The notes: generated by a model from the letters alone, not told the origin. Positions 25,651 to 39,252 are shown, numbered from the stretch's first letter. The stretch: 64,000 nt of DNA from Octopus sinensis (GCF_006345805.1 NC_043001.1:130758001-130822000), one strand, 5' to 3'. Numbers and translations are program-made.

Positions 25651-25789
25651 GTATATATATATATATATAGATATACACACACACAAATACTAAATACATG
25701 TATGCATATATATATATAAATGCATGTTTCTGTATATGCATTATACATTATATATATATATTATATACATGCATGCAACTATAAAATAT

Positions 25790-25830
<41 letters not shown>

Positions 25831-25932
25831 TGTATGCAAGTATACATATATGTAAATACATGTATATGTATACAAATATATCTCTATGTATATACATATA
25901 CATGTATTTATTATATAATATTAATATATATA

Positions 25933-26254
25933 TACGAAAGACTCCGCCGGTTACGACGACGAGGGGTCCAGCTGATACGATCAACGGAACAGCTTGCTCG
26001 TGAAATTAACGTGCAAATGGCTGAGCATCCACAGACACGTGTACCTTAACGTAGTTCTGGGGATAATCAGCGTGACACAGAGAGTGACAAGGCTGACCCT
26101 TGAAATACAAGTACAACTCATTTTTGCCAGTGAGTGGACTGGAGCAACGTGAAATAAAGTGTCTTGCTCAAGGACACAACGCGTCGCGGGAATCGAACTC
26201 ACAACCTTACGATCATGAGCCGAATGCCCTAACCACTAAGCCACGCGCCCTCAC
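25933..26254 (-). mobile_element. SINE family F (different tRNA head plus tail B)
   Basis: Minus head gtgagggcgcgtggcttagtggttagggcattcggctc...gtgtccttgagcaagacac, switching to the family B tail at ttgtac(c/t)tgtatttcaa. Confidence 0.88.
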
Positions 26255-26796
26255 TTCTATATATATATATATATATATTATATACATGCATGCAACTATA
26301 AATATATGTGTGTATATACATATATATATATATATCTGTATGCATGTATACATATATGTAAATACATGTTATGTATACATATATATATGTATGTATATAC
26401 ATATACATGTATTATATTATATAGATATATATATATATATATAATATATACACATGTATGCAGCTATATATAATTTGTATGTTCTTTTTCCCATGCCTAA
26501 CATGTTTTAGATAAATATGTTATTAAAATATTGCTTGCAACCAAATACCCTTTCAGTTGCTAACTCCTACCTGTTTTTCAAATAATGGTTATCTTATTCC
26601 CTATGTCTCCAAATGTGCAAAGCCAACAGACAACCCATTGGTAGGGAATATGAGAGCAATATCACTATCCACTGCTGAGAGATTTTCAGACAAATGCAAA
26701 AATAAATGAAGATACATGTGAACATAGACTCACACTTACTTATCAATACTTACAAGCACACACACACACACACACACACAAAGATGTAGTTTCAAT

Positions 26797-27203
26797 CGTG
26801 ACTGTGTGGTAAGCTCTTTGCTTCCCAACCATATGATTCTGGGTTCAGTTCCATTGCGTGACATCTAGGGCAAATGTCATCTGTTATAACCTTGGGCTGA
26901 CCAAAGCTTTGTGAGTGGATTTAGTAGATGGAAGCTGAAAGAAGCCCACCATATACGTGTGTATGGGTGTGTGTGTGTGTGTGTTAGTGTGTGTGTGTGT
27001 CTTTGTGTCTGCATTTGTACCCCAACACTGCTTCCCAACCATTGTTGGTGTGTTTACAGCCCTGTAACTTAGCAGTTCAGCAGAAGCAGTCAATAAAATA
27101 AGGACTGAATTTGATTCATTCAATTAGAAATTCTCCAGGGCAGTGCTCCAGCATGGCCATACTCTAATGACTGAAGCAAGTAAAAGATAAAGGATAAAAG
27201 ATA
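26797..27203 (+). mobile_element. SINE family A, diverged
   Basis: gtgactgtgtggtaag head, internal TG repeat, gactgaagcaagtaaaagata tail. Confidence 0.8.
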
Positions 27204-27899
27204 TACACACATAAAATGACAAAAGTCCTAGATCAAACCAGAATAAGGTTTCTCACCATAACTTCCTATCAACCTATAAACTACAATTGGATACTTCCTT
27301 TTTTTCTCCTCTGTCACTCCTTCCTACACAACTACTTCCCCCAATTTACCTACACCGCACATAACTATCACTCACAAAGATTTAAGATTCATATGACAAA
27401 TCTGAAAAAAACTTATATGTATCTTCCTTATTTCCAACAGAGATAAAGAATGGTCACTGAGAAAATGATGAAGAAAGAAGAAGAATTTGAATTAAAAAGT
27501 CTTGAAGGTTAAATATTGTGTTTATCTACAGAGATTCATCCAGATGTATCAGTTAACGTTTGTAAACTGAGCAACACTAAAAGATGCTGTTTAAAGCTAA
27601 TAAACCATCATCAAAGCTGAAATCAAAGAAATGGCTTGTATCTTTTCCAGCTTTGGGAAAAATCTTCAGATCTAAACATAGTCAGCTATTCTGATGTCAC
27701 TTATGTTAGTTAGAAAGGTGGATCATCATAGGATGGCTCTATCATATTTGTTTGAAATAATATGAACAAGATGGCTCTAATATTTTGGTCATCAAAGAAC
27801 TGGAATGCCTAATGTAAAGTCCATTAGCTTCAGAGGTTCATAACACTCAGTGAAGCAGCTGATGGTCGATAATGACAAGATTCCAGGTGATAATATTGA

Positions 27900-28115
27900 T
27901 TTCAAATTTTGACACAAGGCCAGCAATTTTGGACGATGAGATAAATTGATTACCTTGACCTCAGTGCCCAACTGTCACTTATTTTTTATTGAACCTGAAA
28001 GGATGAAAAGCAAAGTCAGCCTTTGTGGAATTTGAACTCAGAACATAGAGACGGACAAAATGCCGCTAATAATTTCACCTGGTGTGCTAACAGTTCTGCC
28101 AGCTTGCTGCTTTAT
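27900..28115 (-). mobile_element. SINE family D, diverged
   Basis: gaaaggatgaaaagcaaagtc...ggaatttgaactcagaac matches the D copies at 45.6 and 61.8 kb. Confidence 0.7.
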
Positions 28116-28435
28116 TCCAGGTGATTATATTGATATCCCACAGCATGATACCTTGGGCAAGTGTCTTCTACTATAACCCTGATTCAAACCCATAACTTAC
28201 TAAGGGAGACCAATAGAATAACTACCAGACTTAAGATATATGTACTGGGGTGAATTTATCTGACTAAACCACTGAAAGCAGTGATCCAACATGGCTGCTG
28301 ACCAATGAGTGAAGCAAGTAAAAGATGTAAGAAATACACACACAGAGATACAAACATACACACACAAGCATGTACACATGCTGATTTCCTGTTCACTATG
28401 CTGTATTTTCTAAGTAATTGTTCTCACTGAAATAC

Positions 28436-28543
28436 CTACATCAAACCATGACACCACGTGACCTTTTTCGACTAATTGCAACCCACTTTCTGGTAATAAC
28501 AACTGACTTTCTTCAACAGAACTCTCATTAGAATTCTCAATGG
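28436..28543 (-). CDS. Candidate 108-nt internal exon, product unknown
   Basis: Open phase-1 frame IENSNESSVEESQLLLPESGLQLVEKGHVVSWFDV; donor gtattt; weak acceptor ctaatcctcag. Confidence 0.2.
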
Positions 28544-28743
28544 CTGAGGATTAGCATCACACTTGAAACTCGGAGTGCCAACAAATTTGATTCAAATTGT
28601 TATGATCCCTGCATACACACACACACACATATATCTTTAGAATTAACATTTCAGTTAAGTAATACAGCAGTGTGTATTATTTAAATAATACAGATGTATG
28701 TATGTATGTATGTATGTATGTGTGTGTGCATGTGTCTATAATA

Positions 28744-29060
28744 GGAGCACTCTGTTGGTTATGATGACGAGGGTCCCAGCTGATACGATCAACGGAACAG
28801 CCTGCTCGTGAAATTAACATGCAAGTGACTGAGCAATCCACAGACACACATACCCCTAACATAGTTCTCAGGGAGAGTCAGCGTGACACAAACTGTGACA
28901 AGACCGGCCCTTTGAAATACAGGTACAATTCATTTTTGCCAGCGGAGTGGACTGGAGCAACGTGAAATAAAGTGTCTTGCTCAAGGACACAACACGTCGC
29001 CGGGAATTGAACTCACAACCTTACAATCGTGAGCCGAATGCCCTAACCACTAAGCCACGC
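28744..29060 (-). mobile_element. SINE family F
   Basis: Same head and tail arrangement as 25933-26254. Confidence 0.88.
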
Positions 29061-29254
29061 ATACATAAATATATATTTGTGTGAGTGTACATGTATGTCT
29101 ACATGTCCACATGCAAACAATCATATTCACACACATAAAGACAGAGACCACGGAACCTGATAGAACAACCTAGAGCAGTTAATCACCTACCGGTTCTAAT
29201 ATATAGAAATTACATCCATCCTACTTTCACTTTCTCTCTCCTTCTGACACCTCT

Positions 29255-29295
<41 letters not shown>

Positions 29296-29755
29296 TATCT
29301 TCACTCTCTTTCTCACTGCATGGCAAAGCTTAATTATTTTCCTTTTGTGTTTCAACTTCATTGTCATTGACTGAATCATTGCCAATCTATTCTTTATTGT
29401 TGTTTAGCTGTGGAAATTATATAGAAATATGTAGAGAATTATGCATAAAGATAATAGATATCTGTATGAGCTGTGTTGAAAGATAGGGAAATATGCACAC
29501 GGTATATAGAAATGTGTGTCTATGCATATGTGTACATATACGTATAAATATGAGTGTGAGAATGTATGGGTGAGCTTGTATGTGTGAGTGTCTATGTGTA
29601 CATATACATATATATGTATCTTTATATATACATGTATGTGAATCTATATATATATACATATAGATACACACACACATACATATATATGTATATCTATATA
29701 GACACACACATCTATACGTGAGTATGGATATATATGAGTATCTAGTATATACATG

Positions 29756-29790
<35 letters not shown>

Positions 29791-29988
29791 GCATATATAC
29801 ATACATATATATATGTACACATATGCGCATACACATATATGTACATGTATATATACACATGTGTGTATATAAATACATATGTGTGTGTGTATATATATAC
29901 ACACACATATGTATATATATATATATATATACATATGTGTATGTGATATATTTATACATATATATATACATATATGTATATATATACA

Positions 29989-30031
<43 letters not shown>

Positions 30032-30270
30032 GTTATATTCACTTACCATTTATTTCTTGATATTAAAGATAATTATGTCAAAAACTTTCAATACGCTCCC
30101 AGCAAGCTGGTCACTGAACACAGTGGAATTCCTCTGTGTTCAGTGAGCCATGTCACAAAAGTATGACACAACAGGTTAACATAATAGATCACAGTATCAA
30201 GAAGTAAAAGAAAAATGAATATGATAGTTTTTGTGTGGTCTTAAATGACTTAAATGACTCAATAACTCAC

Positions 30271-30451
30271 CCACCCACAACATAATGAATTCGCAGCTGA
30301 ATTTATGATATTCTCATTGCATCTGTAAAATATCTGTTTATATCTTTTAACATATGTATATTTGTATGTAAAATCTATTCTATTTTTGAATGTCTGAAAT
30401 CTGCCTGTAAAGAATGGAGCTGGTTTCTGACAAAGATATGAAGCACAATTG
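30271..30451 (-). CDS. Candidate 181-nt exon, Cys/Tyr-rich peptide, product unknown
   Basis: Strong acceptor tttgcttttgttatctactttccag and donor gtgagt; one open frame NCASYLCQKPAPFFTGRFQTFKNRIDFTYKYTYVKRYKQIFYRCNENIINSAANSLCCGW. Confidence 0.35.
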
Positions 30452-30664
30452 CTGGAAAGTAGATAACAAAAGCAAATTCCCATTTTGAACTTTTGAAAAG
30501 TCTTGCATACTTTTATTGTTCTGCCTACAGATCATGTCTATAATGTGCATGTTAGCTGGTTGTTTTCTCCAGCTTTTGCAGATTGCCACTTAGACATTTA
30601 CTCACAAAAATTAGTGTACCAATTATTATTGGTATGAACATGAATGAATAAATGTATGTGTGCA

Positions 30665-31571
30665 TGTCATTATTCAGCCTATTTCAAGATTTCTTACCAA
30701 TAGAGAAAGAACTCGTTTCTAACCTTGGTCCAAGGGTCCTTCATTGGAATTTCAACATCAACAACAGGGTATTTTTGTATGTATGTGTGTATATATGTAA
30801 GTATGTATGTATGTTTGTGCAGATTTGTATGTTCTATGTATGTATTCTCATGCATATAGTTGTATATCTAGACATGGTCATATATATTCAAGTGATAAAG
30901 TTTTGGAAAGTTTTACAGATTTTTACAGTTTCAGTGATGAATTGGATCTGTAGTCTTCAAATTAGCTTTCTCTTTTTTGTTTTTGAGAAGCCTAATTTCT
31001 CAAGATTGGTATTTAGGCAGTGAGTTACATATCCCAGGTCCCCAATAATTACAGGTATAACCTGAACTTGTAATCTGGATGGATTTCTCAATAGTTCAGC
31101 ATAGGTGTTCTCTTTTCCACTGATCTTCAGCTTTATGTTAACATCAGCTGGGCAGCTAATTTCCACAACTGTGCACAGTTTCTCTTCTCTATTCCAAATC
31201 CTTATATCAGGTCTGTTCTGCTTACATTTTATTGAGGTCTTCACGGGTACATTCCACCAGTATTCCTTTTTATTATGAGTGGTTATAGCTTCTACTATAT
31301 AGTGGGTTCTTATTTCTTTGTCCTTGAGATTATTCTGCCAACGGATTTCATTATAGAGTGTCCTAGCTACAACATCATGTCTCATTGGTAGATAATAGCA
31401 TGATGACATTTTCGGACAACTGCTTATGACGTGCATGATATCTTCAGTGTGGACTCCACTAAGTCTGCATCGGTTGTCACATTTTACAGCTTTTTCTGCA
31501 TCTCTGTCCCTTTTGTGCATCAGGTGCTTGGTTAATATTTCCTGTTGTAGCCTTGTACCAAAATTTGGAAC
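30665..31571 (-). mobile_element. 5'-truncated R4/Dong-like non-LTR retrotransposon (zinc knuckle plus restriction-like endonuclease)
   Basis: ORF 30957-31520 has CRL(S)GVHTEDIMHVISSC, RHD, NRPDI, VVEISCPAD, GKENTY and VIPVIIGDLG; a likely 3' UTR extends to about 30665. Confidence 0.88.
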
Positions 31572-32190
31572 ATCATCATTATTATTATTACTATTACTAT
31601 TATTATATTATTAAGATGTTGAGTTGGCAAAATTTGGACAAGATGCTTAGTGGCATTTTTGTCCGTTTTTACATTTTGCATTCAAATTCTGTTGAGGTCA
31701 ACTTTGCCGTTCATAAAGAAACAGTCAAATTTTAGGATTGATTTCATCAATTACCCCATTCCTCTTTAAACTACTAGTCTTCTGATTAAATTAAAAACCA
31801 TTATTATCATTATAAATGATTCCAAGGTCAACTTTACCTTTCATCCTTTCGGGGTCAATGTAATTGACTAGTCACTTCCCTACAAATTCCAGGCCTTGTA
31901 CCTTTAGTAGAAAGGATTCTTATTATTCTGTTGTGTCTGGGTAGAGTCATTTTCTTTTTATTCTTACTATTATTAATACATTAAGTTTTTTTTTGTTTTT
32001 TATATGTAGTTCAGCAGAGATGCAAAGTAAAGATTTCTTTCTCGGTGCTTTTACATTCTGAGTTCAAACTATACTAAGGACAGCTTAACATTTTGTCCTT
32101 CCTTCTGGGAAGTCGTTGTTAGGCAGCAGTTCAATATTGGGTTCCTAAGAAGAAGGTAGAAAACTGGCAGAGTTATTAAAGCATTATAGA

Positions 32191-32660
32191 GGTACAGGAG
32201 TGGCTGTGTGGTAAGTAGCTTGCTTACCAACCACATGGTTTCTGGGTTCGGTCCCACTGCATGGCACCTCGGGCCAACCAAAGCCTTCTGAGGGGATTTG
32301 GTAGACAGAAACTAAAAGAAGCCTGTCATATGTATGTATGTATGTATGTATGCATGTATGTGTGTGTGTGTGTATGTATGCATGAATGTATGTGTGTGTG
32401 TGTGTGTGTATGTGTGTATATGCTTGTGCGTCTGTGTTTGACCCACCACCACCACCACCACCACCACCACCATCGCTTGACAACCGATGTCGGTGTGTCT
32501 ACGTCCCTGTAACTTAGCAGTTTGGCAAAAGAGACTAACAGAATAAGCACTCAGCTTACAAAGAATAAGTTCTGGGTTCGATTTGTTCAGCTAAAGGCAG
32601 TGCTCCGATATGGCTGCAGTCAAATGACTGAAACAAATAAAAGAGTAAAAAATAAGAGTA
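32191..32660 (+). mobile_element. SINE family A
   Basis: Head, internal (TATG)n(TG)n(CCA)n and tail. Confidence 0.88.
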
Positions 32661-32937
32661 ATGCTTTGTAGTATTTGTTACAACTTGCCACACTCATCAG
32701 TCATCATCAGCATTGTCATCATTGTCATCATCATCATTGTCATCATCATTGTCATCATCATCATTGTCATCATCATCATTGTCATCATCATCATTGTCAT
32801 CATCATCAACTTCTGGGCCCTCAGTTTTGACATGCTTACTATGACTGGATGCCCTTCCTAATGTCAACCTTGTGTGTACAGACTGCTTGTATGTGCCACT
32901 GACACTTATGGGGTTGCCAAAGTAAGTTGCAAAATAA

Positions 32938-33800
32938 AAAAGAACAAGATGGAGGAAACCCCACCCCCCGGGACTAAGTGGAGAATGGAGTAATTTTAGT
33001 AAGAGGGAGGTGGTTTTATGATAAGTGCTGAGAGGCTAAACTATGACACAGGGACAAAAACAGGTGAGTTCAAATTCCACAGGTGTCAGCTTTATATTTC
33101 AGTGCTTCAAGGTTGATAAACAAAAATAATAGTGAAGTGCAGCAGTTGATTTCACCTGTACTGCTCTCACTACCCTCGCTTTTATTCTCTAACAGCTGGT
33201 TATATAAAGGAACCCAGAAAGGAGTAATCACATTTTTGGGCCCTAGTATCAGAACAGAACAAGAAAGATGAAACCCCACCCCTGATTAAGTACAAAGTGG
33301 AGTAATTTTAGAAAGAGGAATTTGGCCTTATGATAGGTGCTGAGAGGCTAAACTATGACAGATGAGTTCAAATTCCACTGGAGCCAACTTCAGCTTTCAG
33401 TGCTTGAGGGGATTGCAGGAGTTGATTTCACCTGTATTGCTCTCCCTTCGCTCTCTCTTGCTCTCTAACAACTGGCAATGAGAAGGAACCCAGAAAAGAG
33501 TGCTTAGAACAAAAGAACAGGAAGGAGAAATACCCCCATGACTAAGTGGAGAGTGGGGCAATTTTAGTAAGCAGGGGTTAGCTTTATGGTAGGTGCGGAG
33601 AGGCTAAACAAAAGTTGACAGACAAGGACAAGCGAGTTCAAATTCCACCTAGGGCCAGCTTTACCTTTTAGTGCTTCAAGTTTGATAGTGAAATGCAGGA
33701 GTTGATTTCACCTGTATTGTTCTCCCTACCCTCTCTCTTGCTCTCTTATAACCGGTTATGTGAAGGAACCCAGAAAGGAGTGCTCACATTTCTGGCCCTG
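32938..33800 (+). repeat. Three diverged tandem copies of a 250-310 bp unit containing a B-box-like motif
   Basis: Markers gagaggctaaac, gagttcaaattccac, gttgatttcacctgta and aaggaacccagaaa each occur three times in order. Confidence 0.85.
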
Positions 33801-34399
33801 ATAAACCTTCTAATATTAATCATTGCATGTAATACAAAGACTCGGCACCGGCCTAACCAGCTATACCTCAACACCACACTTGCAGGCTTGTGCCAACATT
33901 AGAAGCTAATAACTTTATTCTTTTATATTCCTTGTGTCTATAAATTTCCATTTGCACATATATATATGTAAAACACAACATAAATATGAACACTTATTTC
34001 AATGCAATCATATTTGATTGCACTCCAATTAGAATGCATAGCATTGTTCAAGTCTGCATTGCCCTTGTGGCAAACGAGAAAGATCATTGTTATTGTTAAT
34101 TGTCTCTTTGTTTTGCTGTATTGTGTGACTTGTGCTGTTGTTCTAGAAGTTGTTTTGTTGCTGTTGTTGTTGTTTTACTATGGTTGTGATTGTTGTAGTG
34201 TTTCTTGTTTAAAATATGTTTACAAATCCTTACATATTTTGTTCCATTATCTCTCTGTTTTCAGGTTATCATTGATGGTTATTGTTGGAAGATTGTTGCT
34301 GTTGTTAATTTTATTGTTGAACATTTCATTCCATATTCAATACCCACTCTCTCTCTCTCTCTCTCTCTCTCCTCTCTCTCCCACTTTCTGTATGTATCC

Positions 34400-34498
<99 letters not shown>

Positions 34499-34603
34499 TA
34501 TATGTATGTATGTAATACCTATATGTATGTATATTACAACACATATGTACATAGGTATATGAAAGAGACAAGGAGATTAAGTGTGTGTGTGAGTGTGCGT
34601 GTG

Positions 34604-34635
<32 letters not shown>

Positions 34636-34773
34636 TATATATTTATATATATACCCAAACATGTATATATGCACAGATTCAAAAATATATTTACATACCT
34701 ACCCAAAAATGAGTCTGCACATAGACAATCACAAATACATTTCCTCTCCCTCTGACCGTCCATGTGCACATAT

Positions 34774-34813
<40 letters not shown>

Positions 34814-34916
34814 CATGTGTGGAGGGGTGTAAATAGATATATACACGCATACACACAAACAGACACATATGTAAATATATCTACACACATACATGCACTT
34901 ACATACATACATATAC

Positions 34917-34987
<71 letters not shown>

Positions 34988-35573
34988 TGTATGTATATAT
35001 GAAGAGGTGAAGAGGACATAAAAATCAGTGAATGGAACTCAATAGTTGAACAATGGAGGTTATAATAGTGAGCCATTCAATAGTTGAATGTATCAGTTAA
35101 AGCAGAACTAATCTACTGTATTTATACACTTATCTCTGCTTCACTCCCTCTGTCTCCCCTTTCACTGCCTGTCAGTTTGTCTGTATGCCAATCTGTCTAC
35201 CCTACCCCGACCCCACCCCCTTTCTCTCTCTCTCTCTCTCTCTCTCTTTTTCTGTCTTTCTTTTTCCTTCCCTCGCTCTTTCTATTCGCATGTCTCTTGT
35301 TCCTGTTTGAGTTCCAGGATTTCTCTGTGTGTAATCACACACATAGCTTGCACACATACATCCAAACATATACACATACACACACACATATATATCCATA
35401 TACATATGTACAATATATGTGTGTGCATGTGTGCATGTGTGCGTGTGTGTGTAAGTTGACTCGTACATGCACACCACTTTACAGATGATGTACATGTACA
35501 TAGATATCTGTACCTATATAGACATACGTATGAATATATATACATATATATATATACATATATATACAATATA

Positions 35574-35605
<32 letters not shown>

Positions 35606-35964
35606 CATATATATATATATTATATATATATATATATTATATTGTTATACATATACACACATATATATTGTTATACATATACCCACATATATATATATGT
35701 GCATATATATATATACAAGCATATATAGGATGGCTCTTAAAAGTCTAGTATTATTTAGTTCTCTTTAAAATTCCATATAAAATGTGGTTCGCTCAGTTTT
35801 AGTAACAGAGATATTCAACCTTTATGTGCACGCCTGTTATTAAATATAACTTGCACTAAATATGTTCAGCAATACAGTCTTTCGTTTGTTCATCCTCTAA
35901 TGTGTGTGTGTGTGGTGTGTGTGTGTGTGTGTGTGTATGTGTGTATGTGTATGTGTGTCATTGA

Positions 35965-36232
35965 GCACTCATTTTCCATGCTACCATGGATTAAACAGTT
36001 TAACAGGAACTGGTAAGCCAGAGAGCTGCACCAGGTTCCAGTCAGTTTTAGCTTGGTTTCTATGGCTGGATGCCCTTCATAATGCCAACCACTTCAAAGA
36101 GCGTATTAGGTGTCTTTAATGTATCACTGGCATGGGTAACTTTACTGTGTGCCACTGGCACTGGCCATGATTACAATTTATTTCCTAGCTTAATGTATCT
36201 TCTTAAGCACAGCAAATCACCAAAAGCCTCAG

Positions 36233-36271
<39 letters not shown>

Positions 36272-36514
36272 GCACATAAAATACACAAATCCGACCGTGG
36301 CCGTTGCCAGCCTCGCCTGGTACCTGTGCAGGTGGCACGTAAAAAGCACCCACTACACTCACGTAGTGGTTGGCATTAGGAAGGGCATCCAGCTGTAGAA
36401 ACATTGCCAGATAAGACCGGAGCCTGGGGCTGCCTTCTGGCTTCCCAGATCCCCGGTCGAACCGTCCAACCCATGCTAGCATGGAGAACGGACGTTAAAC
36501 GATGATGATGATGA
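35965..36514. mobile_element. Two family C tails in opposite orientation
   Basis: Minus copy at about 35965-36160 and plus copy at 36270-36514, the latter ending ggacgttaaacgatgatgatg. Confidence 0.8.
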
Positions 36515-36999
36515 TATATAAATATATATAAAGCTATATATATATATATAAAGGCTTCTTTCAGTTTCTGCCTACAAAATCCACTCACAAGGTTTTGGTT
36601 GTCCAGAGAGGAAAAAGAGTGACAATGTTAGATACTTATTTTAATTCTCCTACTGCCACTTATTCACTCTCTATTTGTTACTTGAACATCTCATATGGGG
36701 TAGCTTAAAATATATATGTACATTTTTACCTGCTTCAATGGGTCAGACAGAATTTGTTGTGATGTATTTTCATTGGCTGGTAGCTCTTCCTGTCAATAAC
36801 CCTCACCTGCTTCTAACTAAAGTTATATTTCCACATGACCAGACATGTTTTCATGGAAGAATGGAAACAAATGACACTGTTTCCATAAATGGTGACACTT
36901 GCTTATGATAACCATATGAAGTCAAGGGAAGAAAACTGTTTCACACACAAAGACACACACATACTCCCAATATATATATATATGAATTATAAATAAATG

Positions 37000-37041
<42 letters not shown>

Positions 37042-37050
37042 TTATATAAT

Positions 37051-37107
<57 letters not shown>

Positions 37108-38161
37108 ATAGATATAATGATATATATACTATCAGCTAAGGTCAGTTTGGATGATGTGGCTGTAAAACCTGCTCTGTGTAAGCATTCGGCTCGTTTGGGC
37201 ATGATTACATCAAAATACAATTTTAGAATGACTTTTTTCTGTCAAAACACTAAAAATAACTGACCGACCAAAAAAACCAGCCAAGATTCACCGAAATCAA
37301 AAAATAAATAAACCCAAATACTAAGCAAACAAAGATGAACCATCCCACTTCCACTGCATGTGCACATGCATATGCGCACGTGCACACACACACACACACA
37401 CATTCACATACCCCCTTTTACATACACACACATATATTCACACGGAGTTGAAATGCTGTTTAATTTATTTTTCAGTGTACAATTTTCATCATCCCACTAC
37501 CAAGTATGACATCACCCCTTCCTTCCTTATTCGTCTATCACCCCTTCCTTCCATATTCATCTATCACCCCTTCCTTTCTCACTCATAAACACAAGAGTAT
37601 TATTATAGTAGATTATCTCGGTAACCATGAGAGCCATGAAAAAATACAAAGCACAGCAACACCACCAAATTATTCTACACATCTGTGTAATTTTTCACAG
37701 AATTACACCCAGCCGTTTGATCGTGAATCCTAGGACAAGAAAGAATCGCCCATGTCAAATTTATAGATAAATAGACAGTCAGACAGACAGATAAATAGAT
37801 AGATAGACAGAGGTTCTCCATATAGAGGACAGCAGTACTCAAAAGATTCAAACTTAGTTTCCTGTCTTTACAGGGGATCATTCCACAAGGCAAAGAAAGG
37901 CTATAAGAAGAATCAAGATGAGCAGGTATAGAGGTAAGTTATGCTGATAAACAAATTAGATACATTAAATATATTAAATACCTAAACTATTATATTTAAT
38001 ATATTTGATATATTTAATGTATTAATTTGCTTATCCACATAATAGCCTCTTAATATAAATATATATATATATATATAGTTGTAATTTACAGAAAAACAAA
38101 AGACAAAGACAGGTGTATAAACAACAAGCAGGTGTATTAGTTTGACAACTTGGAAGGTGAG

Positions 38162-38261
38162 NNNNNNNNNNNNNNNNNNNNNNNNNNNNNNNNNNNNNNN
38201 NNNNNNNNNNNNNNNNNNNNNNNNNNNNNNNNNNNNNNNNNNNNNNNNNNNNNNNNNNNNN
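38162..38261. other. Assembly gap (100 N)
   Basis: Run of N; the right flank is the 3' half of a family A SINE (38262-38410). Confidence 1.
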
Positions 38262-38527
38262 TTTGTCCCCTAGCATTGCTTGACAACCGATGCTGGTGTG
38301 TTTAGGTCCCCGTCACTTAGCGTTCGGCAAAAAGAGACCGATAGAATAAGTACTAAAAGGTGGTGCTCCAGCATGGCCGCAGTCAAATGACTGAAACAAG
38401 TAAAGAATAAAAAAAGAATATATATATATATATATAAAGTTAATCCAAACATGAAAACACAATGCGTAGACGTGGAACAAGTATAGTATTACTGGATGCT
38501 CAGGAAAAGAAAGAAAGAAAGAAGGAG

Positions 38528-38564
38528 GATTTAACGTTTTGAGCGGAGCTCTTTGTCAGAAACA
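38528..38564 (-). ncRNA. Decayed minimal hammerhead motif in a Penelope-like terminus (38436-38630)
   Basis: Minus strand gttt-CTGAC(A)A-a-GAGCtccGCTC-(A)AAA-CGTT-aaa; the two core changes are G to A at positions that were CpG. Confidence 0.45.
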
Positions 38565-38630
38565 TAGGAAGAGGAAAGATCCAAGGAAGGGAAGACAAAG
38601 GAAAAAAATCGCCAATGATACACACGCGAT

Positions 38631-38685
<55 letters not shown>

Positions 38686-39123
38686 TCAATGAGCTTCTTT
38701 TAGTTTTTGTCAACCAGATCAATTCACCAGGCCTTGATCTATCATAGGCCAGGATTCTATATAAAGTTGTAGACACTTGCCTTAGGTGCAACAAAACTGA
38801 ACCTGAAACCATGACATTGAGAAGCAAACTTTTTACCACACAGCTACACACACATACACACACACATGCACACACACACACACACATTTACATACAAACA
38901 GATGGAGTACATTTTTTTGTTGAATTTTCTATCACAGAACAGCACATTATACACACACAGATGTGTGTGTGTGTGTATGTGTGTTTTCATACACACACAA
39001 ATCTAATGAACATTTTCTGTATTTTTATATAATTCTGACCCAATTCACATTATACCAGAGCACTATATTTCAAAACTTCTAAATCCCATTGATATTATAG
39101 CTACGCACACACACACACACACA

Positions 39124-39183
<60 letters not shown>

Positions 39184-39252
39184 ATGTCTCTTCTTTCCAT
39201 TTATCTCTGTCATATGCAGAAAGCCCCACTACCCCATTTATGCACACACAAT

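Noticed and set aside
37874-37933. Plus-strand 60-nt exon (DHSTRQRKAIRRIKMSRYR) with good splice sites
   Set aside because: No recognisable homology and no consistent chain with other plus-strand candidates (3270-3369, 8060-8097, about 46140-46180); such sites are expected by chance.
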